DNA of 64,000 bases from Candidatus Bathyarchaeota archaeon (GTDB taxonomy: Archaea > Thermoproteota > Bathyarchaeia > Bathyarchaeales > Bathycorpusculaceae), in contig OY970176.1 of assembly GCA_963707955.1 (NCBI GenBank), positions 416,001-480,000 on the forward strand. Reading direction: 5' to 3'. Below are positions 38,723 to 49,100 of this stretch, piece by piece. The notes beneath the pieces are model-generated. The model was not told the DNA's origin, searched no databases, and saw only the letters and a list, made by a program, of their open reading frames with translations. Both the position numbers and the translations under genes were made by a program. Every line of letters starts with the position of its first letter. Within the stretch, counting starts at the first letter, position 1.

Positions 38723-39280
38723 TGTCTTTTTTGATGACAGAAGATTTCTTGGGCGATTGTATTTCTGTTGGGCGCGTTCGTAGATATGTTTATTAAGACT
38801 TGCGATACACTAGGCAAAATCTTGGGGTTAACAGATTATGGCGAAGAAATTTAGAAAGGACTCAGATGGAAAGGATGAAAACTCTGCTGTATTGGTCATT
38901 GACGACTTTTTCTCTTATGAAAACCTAGTTCACAAGAGACTGACTTAGGGATCTAGCCCTTCAGCATCCTCTCGAAAGTCACCTAAAAAAGAAAGAATAA
39001 AGACGAAACCGAGGCATGGCCGCGGAAATTGAAGAGAAATTCAAGCGTCCAAGATGTTGAAACCATCGTCCGTAAATTGTTATGATGGCCAAGCGTTGCC
39101 ACCGTCGAGCAGGCCTTTCCAGTGACGAGTGATCATGTTCTGGAGAAAGGCTGCGAGACCATTCTTGAGCGTCCCTTTCTGGTGCCTGCGGATCAAAACG
39201 GAAAATTCTGTTTTGCAGCTAAATGCATATATCTTTGCATACGCCTAGAAACCTCCACGCTTCGTGTCGAAGGCGGAACC

Positions 39281-40189
39281 ATGACTCTTGCCGACAACAT
39301 ACTCAAATTAAAAGCGGAGAAGAGCGCGTTAATTTTGGCTCACAATTATCAGAGACCTGAAATCCAAGACATCGCAGATTATGTCGGTGACAGCATAGAG
39401 CTGAGCAGAAGGGCCATGGAAGAGAAAGATGCAAGGATCATAGTTTTTTCTGCCGTCGACTTCATGGCAGAGTCTGCGGCTATATTGAACCCCAAAAAGA
39501 AAGTGTTGCTGCCTGTGCTTGGTGCACGTTGTCCAATGGCGCAGATGCTCACGGTCGAAGAAATCAAACGCAGCAAATCGCAGCATCCAAGGACGCCGGT
39601 AGTCCTTTACGTCAACACGCTGGCCGCAGCCAAAGCAGAGTGCGACATATGCTGCACTTCGGCCAACGCTGTAGAAGTCGTTTCGTCCGTAGACGCTGAC
39701 ACGGTGCTGTTGGGACCCGACCGCAACCTCGCGGAGTACGTTCAGAGAAAGACTGGGAAGACAGTGATCCCAATCCCTGAATGGGGTTTCTGCCCAACGC
39801 ACCTGCTATTTCAGCCCGAAGACGTTCAGGTACTCAAAGCGCAACATCCGGAAACTGCAGTTATGGTTCATCCAGAATGCACTTTTGAAATGAAGAAAGT
39901 AGGCGACTTCGTCGGAAGCACATCGCAAATGTGCAGATATGCAAAGGAAAGTAAGGCCACAACGTTCATTGTAGGAACTGAGGAAGGAGTTCTGCATCGA
40001 CTTAGGAAAGATAATCCAGCGAAGAAGTTTTTCCTAGCCTATGACGGTGCTGTGTGTCCAAACATGAAGCTGAACACCCTTGAGAGAATTTATGCCTCGC
40101 TCAAAGAAGAGAAAAATGTGGTAACCGTTCCAGAACCGATTGCAAAGCACGCAAGAAAAGCCTTGCAAAGGATGTTTGAGCTGAAGTAG
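39281..40189 (+). CDS. nadA: Quinolinate synthase
   Basis: ILAHNYQ, GDS, CPMA, LYVN, CPTH, VHPEC, CPNMK. Confidence 0.95.
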   Translation: MTLADNILKLKAEKSALILAHNYQRPEIQDIADYVGDSIELSRRAMEEKDARIIVFSAVDFMAESAAILNPKKKVLLPVLGARCPMAQMLTVEEIKRSKSQHPRTPVVLYVNTLAAAKAECDICCTSANAVEVVSSVDADTVLLGPDRNLAEYVQRKTGKTVIPIPEWGFCPTHLLFQPEDVQVLKAQHPETAVMVHPECTFEMKKVGDFVGSTSQMCRYAKESKATTFIVGTEEGVLHRLRKDNPAKKFFLAYDGAVCPNMKLNTLERIYASLKEEKNVVTVPEPIAKHARKALQRMFELK

Positions 40190-40312
40190 ACCCACGTCCC
40201 ACGGGTCACGTTACCGATTTGCTGATCACGTGAACGCTCAAGAAAGCAAAGGTGAGGAAACCTGAAAATAGCAGGTGAAGAGAAGGAACTTAAAGCAGCA
40301 ATAGTCAATGCT

Positions 40313-40738
40313 GTGAAGCTGCATGGGCATTTGGGCCCCTTTCTGGTTGTCGGGGTCAGGATGGGAGGCGTCGCCAAAAAATTCTTTAACCAAGATGCTG
40401 GGGACAGTGTTAGGTTTCAGGTAACGGCGAAGGTTCCTTTAGTCATTCCCTTTTCATGCACTATCGACGGAATACAGGCTGCAACCAGCTGCACACTCGG
40501 CAACCAGAGACTCAGGATAGAAAACACGCGCAAGCAAATATTTGCGAGTTTCAGGGCTGAAAACTCAGATCATGTAGTGCGAATATCTGTCAACCCGAGA
40601 GTGATCAGAGACCTGATGAGAAAAATGTCGGCGGGCATTGGTAACGATGAACTTTCCGGAGAAATCGCTGCTATGCCAGAGAGACAGCTCTTCACGATAG
40701 AGAAAGAATGTGCACTTTCAGCTGTTCGAGGTTGGTAA
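40313..40738 (+). CDS. FmdE-family protein
   Basis: LHGHLGPFLVVG, SCTIDGIQAATSCTLGN; start probably a little upstream. Confidence 0.85.
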   Translation: MKLHGHLGPFLVVGVRMGGVAKKFFNQDAGDSVRFQVTAKVPLVIPFSCTIDGIQAATSCTLGNQRLRIENTRKQIFASFRAENSDHVVRISVNPRVIRDLMRKMSAGIGNDELSGEIAAMPERQLFTIEKECALSAVRGW

Positions 40739-40751
40739 GGTTACAATAAAC

Positions 40752-41192
40752 ATGAAGGACCTAGAAACAGCCAAGAGAGGACTCAGTGAAAGGCACTTAA
40801 CCCTCTCTGTCGTAAAGGAAGGACACGTCATTTTTGAAGCAAAGACCCACGGAGTCTCGGGTTTTATGGAAGCTGTAGAAGAGTTCAAAGACAGGCTCGA
40901 TGGTGCTTCGGTTGCAGATCGAGTTGTCGGAAAAGCAATCGCACTGCTGTGTGTCTATGTTAACGCCAGAGCTGTCTACGCGGCAACTATCAGCAAGGCA
41001 GCGAAGGTACTGCTTGAAGGAAACTCGGTTTACCTTGAATGGGATAGCCTCGTCGAAAACATACTTGGCGCAGACAAGTCGAAGACTTGCCCCTTCGAGC
41101 AGCTAGTAGACAGAATTACAGATCCAGTTGATGCGTACAGGAAGCTCAAAAGCGCGTGCGGTTCAGCAACGCGCTTCATACCGCGTGGATGA
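40752..41192 (+). CDS. DUF1893 protein
   Basis: GASVADRVVGKA, ISKAA, CPFE. Confidence 0.8.
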   Translation: MKDLETAKRGLSERHLTLSVVKEGHVIFEAKTHGVSGFMEAVEEFKDRLDGASVADRVVGKAIALLCVYVNARAVYAATISKAAKVLLEGNSVYLEWDSLVENILGADKSKTCPFEQLVDRITDPVDAYRKLKSACGSATRFIPRG

Positions 41193-41198
41193 AAACGT

Positions 41199-41621
41199 AT
41201 GAGTGGCAAACACGAACGATTTATATCAGAGGAAGACGAAGAACTGAAGCGTATAAGGGAAAAGAAACTGGCTAAGTTCAAGGCGAGAAAGGAAATGGGC
41301 AATGAGCCTGTTCATGTGACTGACGTGGATTTCGAAGAGACGGTTAGGAAGCATTCGCTGGCGTTGATCGACTTCTGGGCTCCTTGGTGTGGTCCATGCT
41401 TGGCCTTGACACCGGCGATTGAGGAGCTGAACAAGGATTACGCTGGAAGGGTGTTCATCGGGAAGCTTAACGTTGATGAGAACCCGCAGACTGCTGAATG
41501 TTTCCAAGTCTTCAGCATACCGACCTTGCTAATAATGAAGAACGGACGAGAGGTCGATAGAATCGTAGGATGTGTTCCGAAGAAGCACATCGAAGCGGCA
41601 TTAAGAAAACACCTCGGATAG
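41199..41621 (+). CDS. trxA: Thioredoxin
   Basis: DFWAPWCGPC, SIPT. Confidence 0.93.
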   Translation: MSGKHERFISEEDEELKRIREKKLAKFKARKEMGNEPVHVTDVDFEETVRKHSLALIDFWAPWCGPCLALTPAIEELNKDYAGRVFIGKLNVDENPQTAECFQVFSIPTLLIMKNGREVDRIVGCVPKKHIEAALRKHLG

Positions 41622-41628
41622 GTAAAAC

Positions 41629-41757
41629 ATGGACATACCTGAACGGAGATTAGTAGGAGCGCTCTTGCTCCTTTTGGGCGTTTCTTTCCTGGCCATCGCC
41701 GTCCACACGGGACAGCTCGAAGTCGTAAGGAGACTTTTGACAATAGGATTTCCTTAG
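41629..41757 (+). CDS. Small single-TM protein (42 aa, not in ORF track)
   Basis: MDIPERRLVGALLLLLGVSFLAIAVHTGQ..., ATG 8 nt after the trxA stop. Confidence 0.55.
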   Translation: MDIPERRLVGALLLLLGVSFLAIAVHTGQLEVVRRLLTIGFP

Positions 41758-41836
41758 GCTGCTTGAAGGCAAACATTCTTGAGGCAAACAGGCATACCCT
41801 AACATCGTAAACTGCTTCGCTATACAAGTGGTCAGA

Positions 41837-42404
41837 ATGAGCCCACCAACGATAAAGAGCAAGGACGGCGAAAAAGAGGCCATTCAGGAAGCAGCCAGGT
41901 TCATGCTCATCGCTGCACGGACAGCTCCCAAGACGGTCTGGAGTGGACGATATCCTTACGTCGATCGTTTATGGACCAGAAAAGAATCTTATCGCGGACA
42001 AAATGGAAGAGATCGGCGTAGAACGAGGATTGAAAGGCTTCAAGCGAGACGCAGGGAACTTGAGGGATTCTGAGGCCGTGATCCTTATCGGCGTCAGAGG
42101 AAGCAAGAGCGCCGGCCTGAACTGCGGAAGTTGCGGCTTTGAGAACTGCAAAGAATTCGATGAACAGGAGAGAAAACTTGGCAGAGACTTCCGTGGCCCC
42201 ACGTGCGTCTTTAAGGCATTGGATCTCGGGATAGCCCTGAGCTCTGCAGTTAAGACTGCTAGCACCTTGAACGTGGACAACCGCATCATGTACCGCGTAG
42301 GTACGGCGGCTGTAAAACTGAGGATGCTGCCGGAAGCATCTGTTATCCTGGGCGTCCCAGTTTCAGCTCATGGCAAAAGCATCTACTTTGACCGATCCAC
42401 GTAG
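41837..42404 (+). CDS. DUF2148 ferredoxin-like Fe-S protein (1-nt frameshift near 41935)
   Basis: AARTAPK / GVDD, LNCGSCGFENC, LDLGIALSSA, VDNRIMY, KSIYFDR. Confidence 0.85.
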
Positions 42405-42415
42405 TTTTTCTGACT

Positions 42416-43018
42416 TTAGCCCTTCATCTTCTCAAGCATCTTCTCGAAAGTCCAGCGGATGCTTGACTTTAGCTCCCTTAAACGGTCTGAGTCGAAGTTT
42501 CTGATCACTATCTCGCGTATCACGTCGCCCTCTCGCACGATGTCGAAGCACAGAATCTTGTCAGGGGCCAGTTGACCAGATCTTGCAAGCTCGCTGTCCC
42601 TCTCCTGCATCTTCAGCAAAACCCTCTGGACGAAGAACTGGTTGAAAGGCGGTGTGTTGACGCTGAAGTCCTTGCCTTCGACAGGCACCACGTGCAGAGA
42701 ACCATCATCGACATAGAAGTCTGCGAGCACCTCTCCGTTGACGGACTTCAGCGTGCTGATGCTTTCAGGTTCCACTTCAGCCTCAATGGTGTCGTGCTCA
42801 ACCCCCACGGTTTCCTCCTTCTCTTCCGATAAAGAACCGGCGGCATCGGGCTTCGGCTCTATGTCTACGCGTCTGAACCCCTTTTCCAATAGTATCGAAT
42901 TTACGGTGTCAAGTATAGCTTTGGACTCTTTGAGCTCCGCTTCCAGTTCTTGAAGTCTCGTTTCGATTTTTTTCTTGAAATCGATAAGCCTCTTTACGTT
43001 TTCAGAATCTTGGGACAT
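42416..43018 (-). CDS. Conserved archaeal hypothetical protein with N-terminal coiled coil
   Basis: 200-aa ORF, TPPFNQFFV motif. Confidence 0.75.
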   Translation of the reverse strand: MSQDSENVKRLIDFKKKIETRLQELEAELKESKAILDTVNSILLEKGFRRVDIEPKPDAAGSLSEEKEETVGVEHDTIEAEVEPESISTLKSVNGEVLADFYVDDGSLHVVPVEGKDFSVNTPPFNQFFVQRVLLKMQERDSELARSGQLAPDKILCFDIVREGDVIREIVIRNFDSDRLRELKSSIRWTFEKMLEKMKG

Positions 43019-43076
43019 CTGCCTTCACATGGATCATTGTGCAGGTTATCCCTTATCAAGTCTTTGAAACTTGAGT

Positions 43077-43625
43077 TCAAGCCACGGCTGCATCTTCGCA
43101 GCTACTCACGTTTACCGTTTGGCAAAAAAGGGGTGGAAGAGGTTCAACTCTGACCTTCAGCTCGCTTTGAAGAAACTTCTCAAATTCTTGAAACACTTGA
43201 CTGCCAGTGTTGTTCAATCTCACGCAGAGGTTCTTGCCCTTTGTCACTTGGCTCAAGTCATAGAGAGCTATGCTCTTGGATAGAGGTGGGTTTTCGCTGA
43301 TTGTTCTCACCAATTCTTCTGAGGGAGTCTGTGAGAACAGCCAAGCGGTGTAGGCGGCTTCAACAACGCGGTAGGACGTGCCTTCTCTAACCACGCATTT
43401 CCTGTCAAGTGCTATTCTCCTGAAGGAAGAAGGATGCACGTTTCTAGCCCATAGAAAATTATGATAGTTATCCTCCATTTCAACCCAGTCTTCGCTCTCA
43501 GAGGTTTTCCAGCCGAAGCGGACGCAGAAAAGTTTGAACTTGCCCAGTATTTCCCAAACTCTAGAGATCACCATACTTTGCTGACCCTCCTCTTGAAGAA
43601 CGTTTTGGAACAATCTTCTATTCAA
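43077..43625 (-). CDS. Hypothetical protein
   Basis: 182-aa ORF co-oriented with its neighbour. Confidence 0.6.
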   Translation of the reverse strand: MNRRLFQNVLQEEGQQSMVISRVWEILGKFKLFCVRFGWKTSESEDWVEMEDNYHNFLWARNVHPSSFRRIALDRKCVVREGTSYRVVEAAYTAWLFSQTPSEELVRTISENPPLSKSIALYDLSQVTKGKNLCVRLNNTGSQVFQEFEKFLQSELKVRVEPLPPLFCQTVNVSSCEDAAVA

Positions 43626-43819
43626 CCGACCACAAATTTAAGCTTTTTGCCCCACCTATCCGCACAAATGAGCCTAGATTGCATGCATTTCCGAACATTT
43701 GTACCCCGATCGTTTCCTCAGCCCACAGATGTACGGCAAACGCTTTAGAAAGTTGACGGAGAAAAGTCTGAAAAACCTACAATTATCCGACGGCAAACGA
43801 TAAATTCACACGTGATCAC

Positions 43820-44347
43820 TTGGGTAGTGGAAGGAGCAGCGCGAAATTGAGGCACAAGAGCACCGCTTTATCCTTGGATGCCAAGGACTTGGAAATCTTG
43901 AAGGCTTTGCAGGAGGATTCGAGGCAGACTTACACTGCGATAGGTAAACGTGTGGGAATAGCCCATTCCACAGTGTATGACAGAGTGAGAAGAATGGAAC
44001 AGCAGAAAGTGATAAAGAATTACACGGCGCTCGTTGACCTTGAGAAGGCTGGAGTGAAAAAGATCATGGCGATCATGACTGTTTACACAGACCCTAAGGA
44101 GACAGAGAGAGTTGCGTCGAAACTGGCTCAGTCGCCCGAAGTTCTTGAGGTCTACACGTCGCTTTCAGATGAGCTGCTAATTATGGCAAAGGTTGTTGCT
44201 GCAAGTCAAGAGGGGCTTCACGCTTTCGTCGCCAATTCAGTTGCGCCTCTGAACGGCGTCTTGAGAATTCGCACGTCAATCATCACTAGGAAAGTCAAGG
44301 AAACTAGTCTTTTAATCAACGATTGTTTGGAAGGATTACACTTATAA
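43820..44347 (+). CDS. Lrp/AsnC transcriptional regulator
   Basis: LDAKDLEILKALQEDSR, HTH, RAM domain. Confidence 0.92.
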   Translation: MGSGRSSAKLRHKSTALSLDAKDLEILKALQEDSRQTYTAIGKRVGIAHSTVYDRVRRMEQQKVIKNYTALVDLEKAGVKKIMAIMTVYTDPKETERVASKLAQSPEVLEVYTSLSDELLIMAKVVAASQEGLHAFVANSVAPLNGVLRIRTSIITRKVKETSLLINDCLEGLHL

Positions 44348-44379
44348 ACTGAAACGCATGATATAAGTAAAGGAAGAAA

Positions 44380-44725
44380 ATGAGTTCAGAAACCAGTTCA
44401 AAGATTCTCAGAGCGGTCCCGAGGGAGAAGGCGTTCTACTTCTTCACTTCTATTGGCAACTACACTGGTACAAGTGCTGCGTCTTTGAAGGAATTCATGG
44501 AAAAAGTCAACGAGGTGAACGCCAAGGCATTGGAGTTTCACCTCTACCGAGCGGACTTTGAAAAGTGGATAGCTCAGGTCTTGGAGGACGCTTGGTTGGC
44601 GGGGGAGGTTAGAAGGGCTGCAGAAGTTCGGTCTGACGGGCGAACCCCTTAGGAACCAACTGTACCTCACTGTTTCGAGACGGTTCAAAAGATTAACGTC
44701 TCCACCAGGCTCAATTCAATTCTAG
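44380..44725 (+). CDS. DUF5752-like protein (1-nt frameshift near 44617)
   Basis: AFYFFTSIGNYTG..AASLKEF..LEFHLYRADFEKWI; shifted frame LQKFGLTGEPLRNQL...F*. Confidence 0.7.
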
Positions 44726-44904
44726 AATCGGTTGCCCCTAGGATCTTCAACTTTCTCGGAAACCGGCACAATCATAAGTGCGCTGTTTGTGCTATCATTC
44801 TTCTTGTAATCAGGTATACGGTAGTTTCTGGCCCCGGCCGGGTCGTACTGCAGCTGAGCAATGCCGAATTCTGAGGGAAAATAGGGCAGTTTGCCCACTG
44901 CCAC
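44722..44904 (-). pseudogene. 3' fragment resembling the C-terminus of the 45148-46023 gene
   Basis: LQYDPAGARNYRI resembles MAYYPSAAGDLTI; truncated at the GC palindrome. Confidence 0.4.
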
Positions 44905-44920
44905 GCTAGCGCGCGCGCTA

Positions 44921-45188
44921 AACTATACGGGAGTAAGCGCGTCTTCTCTGAAAGAGTTCATGGAAAAAATAATGGAGGTTAACGTCAAATCCCTAGAGTT
45001 TCATCAGGGCCGTGGAGACTTCGAAAAATGGATAGCCAAGGTCTTGCAGGACGTCGACCTAAGCAGGTGAAATCAAGAGGCTGCAGAAACTAGGCTTGAC
45101 AGGCAACAGTCTTCGCGACGAACTGAGCTATACTGTCTCGAGGCGTTTCAAGCGACTGACGAGTCTATCTGCATCAAGCTGCTTCTAA
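44921..45188 (+). pseudogene. 5'-truncated DUF5752-like paralog
   Basis: NYTGVSASSLKEFMEKIMEVNVKSLEFHQGRGDFEKWI...SRRFKRLT, collinear with the 44380 gene, no start codon, one frameshift. Confidence 0.75.
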
Positions 45189-46023
45189 GATACTTCAGTC
45201 TTTTGCTAACTGGATCAGGCTTGGCCTCAAGTGGACGAGTTAGTAACGTTGACTGCAGTTGAGAAGTTGTCGGAATGTTTGCAGCCAAGCTGGATATTGT
45301 TAGGTCTCCAGCGGCGCTAGGGTAGTATGCCATTTTGCTTCCATATGTTATGTCCCAAAGGCCCCCACCGCCATTGACAGCCTCATCAAGTGTTTCATTG
45401 TATGTGAGGAGGTTCGTCAATAGTTGTATGGTTTGACTGTCTGTGTCCGAATCTCCAACGTAACCATCCCAACCAATATATGCTTTAGCACCTTTATTGA
45501 TGAAGGCCTCCGCCAACTGCTCCTTTCCAAGAACCAAGGTGTTACAACCCATCGCGATGACGATGCTCTGTGGAAAGGTGCCCTCCAAACTGTCTATGAA
45601 CTTGGAAGTTATAGCAAAATAGTTCTTTACGCCATTTGAATAGTTAAGAAATCCCTCGACGAGAAGCTCATTTTGCTGGTCTTCGACGTAAGCTGAACTG
45701 TCGTACGGTTCTGATGTGAATAAATCTACAGTCGAGTTGTTGGGTTCTCTGAGCGCAGAATGGGCGCGCAGTATTATTATGCCGTAGTCGTTTTCGGCGA
45801 GTTTCCCGAAGAAATTAACATCTGTTTCGTTGTAGTACATGACTTTGAAGCCGTGATTTTCCAAGATTGTTTCAGCGTTGTTTACAAAAGTGGGGTTTGG
45901 AATTTCTTCTGCTAACTGGTCAACTATTGCGGCGTTAAGAGAAAAACGTGGTTGTGGCTTAGGGCGGAGGTATGAAACTGCGGAGGCTATGGATACTGCA
46001 AGAATCACAATCGTCAGGAGCAT
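45148..46023 (-). CDS. Membrane-anchored protein, possible caspase-hemoglobinase (C25/CHAT-like) fold
   Basis: N-terminal TM; IIILRAHS and IVIAMGC spaced like a His-Cys dyad; GAKAYIGW. Confidence 0.6.
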   Translation of the reverse strand: MLLTIVILAVSIASAVSYLRPKPQPRFSLNAAIVDQLAEEIPNPTFVNNAETILENHGFKVMYYNETDVNFFGKLAENDYGIIILRAHSALREPNNSTVDLFTSEPYDSSAYVEDQQNELLVEGFLNYSNGVKNYFAITSKFIDSLEGTFPQSIVIAMGCNTLVLGKEQLAEAFINKGAKAYIGWDGYVGDSDTDSQTIQLLTNLLTYNETLDEAVNGGGGLWDITYGSKMAYYPSAAGDLTISSLAANIPTTSQLQSTLLTRPLEAKPDPVSKRLKYLRSSLMQIDSSVA

Positions 46024-46147
46024 GCCCAGTTGCTTCTTTGAAGGATTCCTTACTTGTTTCTCCTGGGGCTTTTTTCCAGTCTCAGTCGTTAATGAAAGAC
46101 CTCCTGTGGGAGTTGATCTGCGGTCTAAGAAAAATGAGGTGGCGAGC

Positions 46148-49100
46148 CTATTTTCTTTTGCGTTTTCTCATGCATAGCGCTGCACAGAATAATGCGACCA
46201 GTCCTATGTATGCTCCGAGATATGAGAGTGGTATCGGCTTCTTCATCGATATTGAGAGACCCCCTACCGAGACTGGTAGCACTACGATTTTTGCGGTTCC
46301 GCTTTGCATCGTTGAGTGGCCCTGGACTGCGTCGGTGACTTGTAGGTAGATGTAGTATGTCCCGCCTCTTGTGGGAATGAAGGTCCAGCTAGGTGATGTT
46401 GCGTTTGGAACGGGGTTGCCGTTCTCGTACCATTGATAGGTGTATGGCCCTGTTCCCCCACTGACAGTTGATGTGAATAATACTGGAGTGCCAACGGTTG
46501 TCGTGCAAGTCATGGGACTAATCGAAACTGTAAGCGGTTGGCCGGGTATCTGTGTGTAGTTTGCCGTTGCCGTGTGGGCTGCACTCATGCCGACCGTAAT
46601 GGGGTTTGTGTTACCCTGCGATGTTCCGTCGAGGTTCCAATTCGAGAAACTCCATCCCGAAACTGGGGGTGCGTTGAGGGTTACGTTTGTTGAAGCATCG
46701 TACCAGCCTTCCCCTGAAATCGCTGTTGTTCCCGGGGGATTTGACTCAACTATCAGGTAGTACTGCGTCTTCCAGTTCCATACAATTGTTGAAGCTTGAG
46801 TTATTGTGAAGGTAGTTGTGGCTCCTGATCCTGAGGTTGGAACGCTTCCAGTTCCGCTCCATCCTATGCACACGTGTTGCTTGCCAATGGATTCAGGTAC
46901 TGGTGAGGTCACATATTCCGTTATGCTCGCTCCTGCGTTGAACCATCTGCTTGCAGGTGTAGGCGAATCGTAGGGGGATCCGACAGTCAGGTAGTACTGA
47001 ATAACGTAATTGCCAACCATGCTGCCTGAAGCCGATATTGTTAACGTTCCACTTTGGGATGTTGAAAGGCCTGTTGTGTTGGTCCATGCATACGCTTTGC
47101 CGTTTGGAATGACTACCAACAGTGACTGGAAGGCGAATGTGTGTACTGTGTTGTTGTCCCACCAGAATGACTCTGGGAGAGTGTTAACCATGTAGTTCAC
47201 TCCGTCAATTACTGCGACGGTGTTCGTGAAGTCCGAGCCAACGCCTAACTGGCTGAAAGTCACGTTGTATTGCACTGCGTAAGTCGCTGTCACTGTCTTT
47301 GCTTCGTCAACAAACACTGTGGTGGGTGTTGCAAGGTAGTTGCTGATCTCAGTCATGTCGGCTGTTGTCCAGCCGTTGAACCTGTAGCGGGAGGAACCCA
47401 TCGTAATGGTCACGAAAGCATCAGTAGAGACGGTGGCGTTGCTTCCAGCGTCATACCAGCCTGCGCCTGAGGGAGAGGTCACTCCAGAAGGATTCGTAGC
47501 CATCGTCAGGTAATATTGAGTGTTGTAGTTGCCCGTTACGCTGCCCGATGTCGTAACCGTTATTGTGTCGTTCTGCAGTGTTGACAAGCCTGCCGTGCCT
47601 GTCCAAATATACTGTTTAGCGTTCGCAGTTACCACGAGCGGTGATTGGAAGGCAAAGGTGTGAGTTGAACCACTGTCCCACCAGAACGAAACTGGCAGAG
47701 TGTTCACGCCACCCAACCCATAGCTTGTTCCATCTATGATGACAACTGTGCCCGTAAAGTCAGGGCTGAGTCCGTTTTGGCTGAAGGTAACTTGGTATTT
47801 GATTCCCGTTGAATAGTTTCCCGTCACACTTCCAGAGGTTGTGACAGTCAAGGATCCGTTTTGAAGGACTGTCAACCCTGAAGTGGAGAACCAGTTGTAC
47901 TGCTCGCTTGCGCTTACGATCAGAGGTGAAGACAACGAGAAGGTGTGCACGGAGCCATTGTCCCACCAGAACGAAACTGGCAGAGCGCTTACGGCGTATG
48001 CGTTTGAATCAATTGTTACCACTGTTCCCGCGAAGTCGAAACCGACGCCTGACTGGCTAAAGGTTACTTGGTATTGAGTCTTGTAGTTGCCGACGACCGT
48101 CATTGGGTTCGTCACAGTTATTGGAGAAGACAGACCCGTGACGCCGATTAGAATGAATTGCTCTCCACTGTTTGAGCTGGAAACGTTGTTGTATGAATAG
48201 CTGATTGAGCTGCCGTTGTCAGCCCAGATTGAATAAGGCAGTTGCAGATAAGTTATGGGGTTACCGTTAACCGTGACGACCGCGCTAGAGGCCGAAGAGT
48301 CTAGACCCGTCTGATTAAACGTCACTTGATACTGAGTCTTCCAGCTCCACACTATGCTTGAGGGTGCGGTGATAGTGAAAGTCACGGATGACGCAGTGCC
48401 AGAAACAGGAACGCTTCCTGTCCCAGACCAGCCCTTACAAACGTACTGAACCCCAGAACCACCAGAAACTGGAGACGTGACAGACTCAGTGATGCCAGTA
48501 CCAGAATCAAACCAACCGCTCGAGGGAGAAGGTGAGTCGTGCAGAGAAGACACGGTCAAGTAGTACTGAGTCTTCCAGCTGGCCGTTTCTGTTATTGGGT
48601 TGTTCATTGTAACCGACTGGGATGCTGAGGAACCAGTGTATCCGCCAGTATCGCTGCTTGACCAAGCAGTGAAGACATACTGAGTTCCTGCGCCTCCTGA
48701 AACAGGAGTGGTCACGCTGAAGCTAGCCGTGAAGCCCGCATCGTACCAGCCTTGGCCGCTCGGAGAACCATAAGCAGAAGACACGGTCAAGTAGTACTGA
48801 GTCTTCCAAGTCCACGATATGGTTGAGGGTGCGGTGATAGCAAATGTCACGGATGTACCGCTGCCGGAGGCAGGGACGCTTCCCGTACCAGACCAACCTG
48901 TGCACACGTATTGAATGCCAGAACCACCAGAAACTGGCGAAGTGACCGAATCGGTTACGTTTGTGCCGGAGTCAAACCAGCCGCTCGCTGGAGTGGGCGA
49001 GTCGTACGGTGAAGAGACGGTCAAGTAGTACTGAGTCTTGTAGTTGCCAATTATGCTTCCGTAGGCTGCTACTGTTATAGAGCTGTTTTGCAGAGATGAT

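Noticed and set aside
38723-39280. Integrated element at tRNA-Leu; small ORF 38838-38948
   Set aside because: No integrase or duplicated tRNA 3' end in the window; the 36-aa ORF has no recognisable motif.
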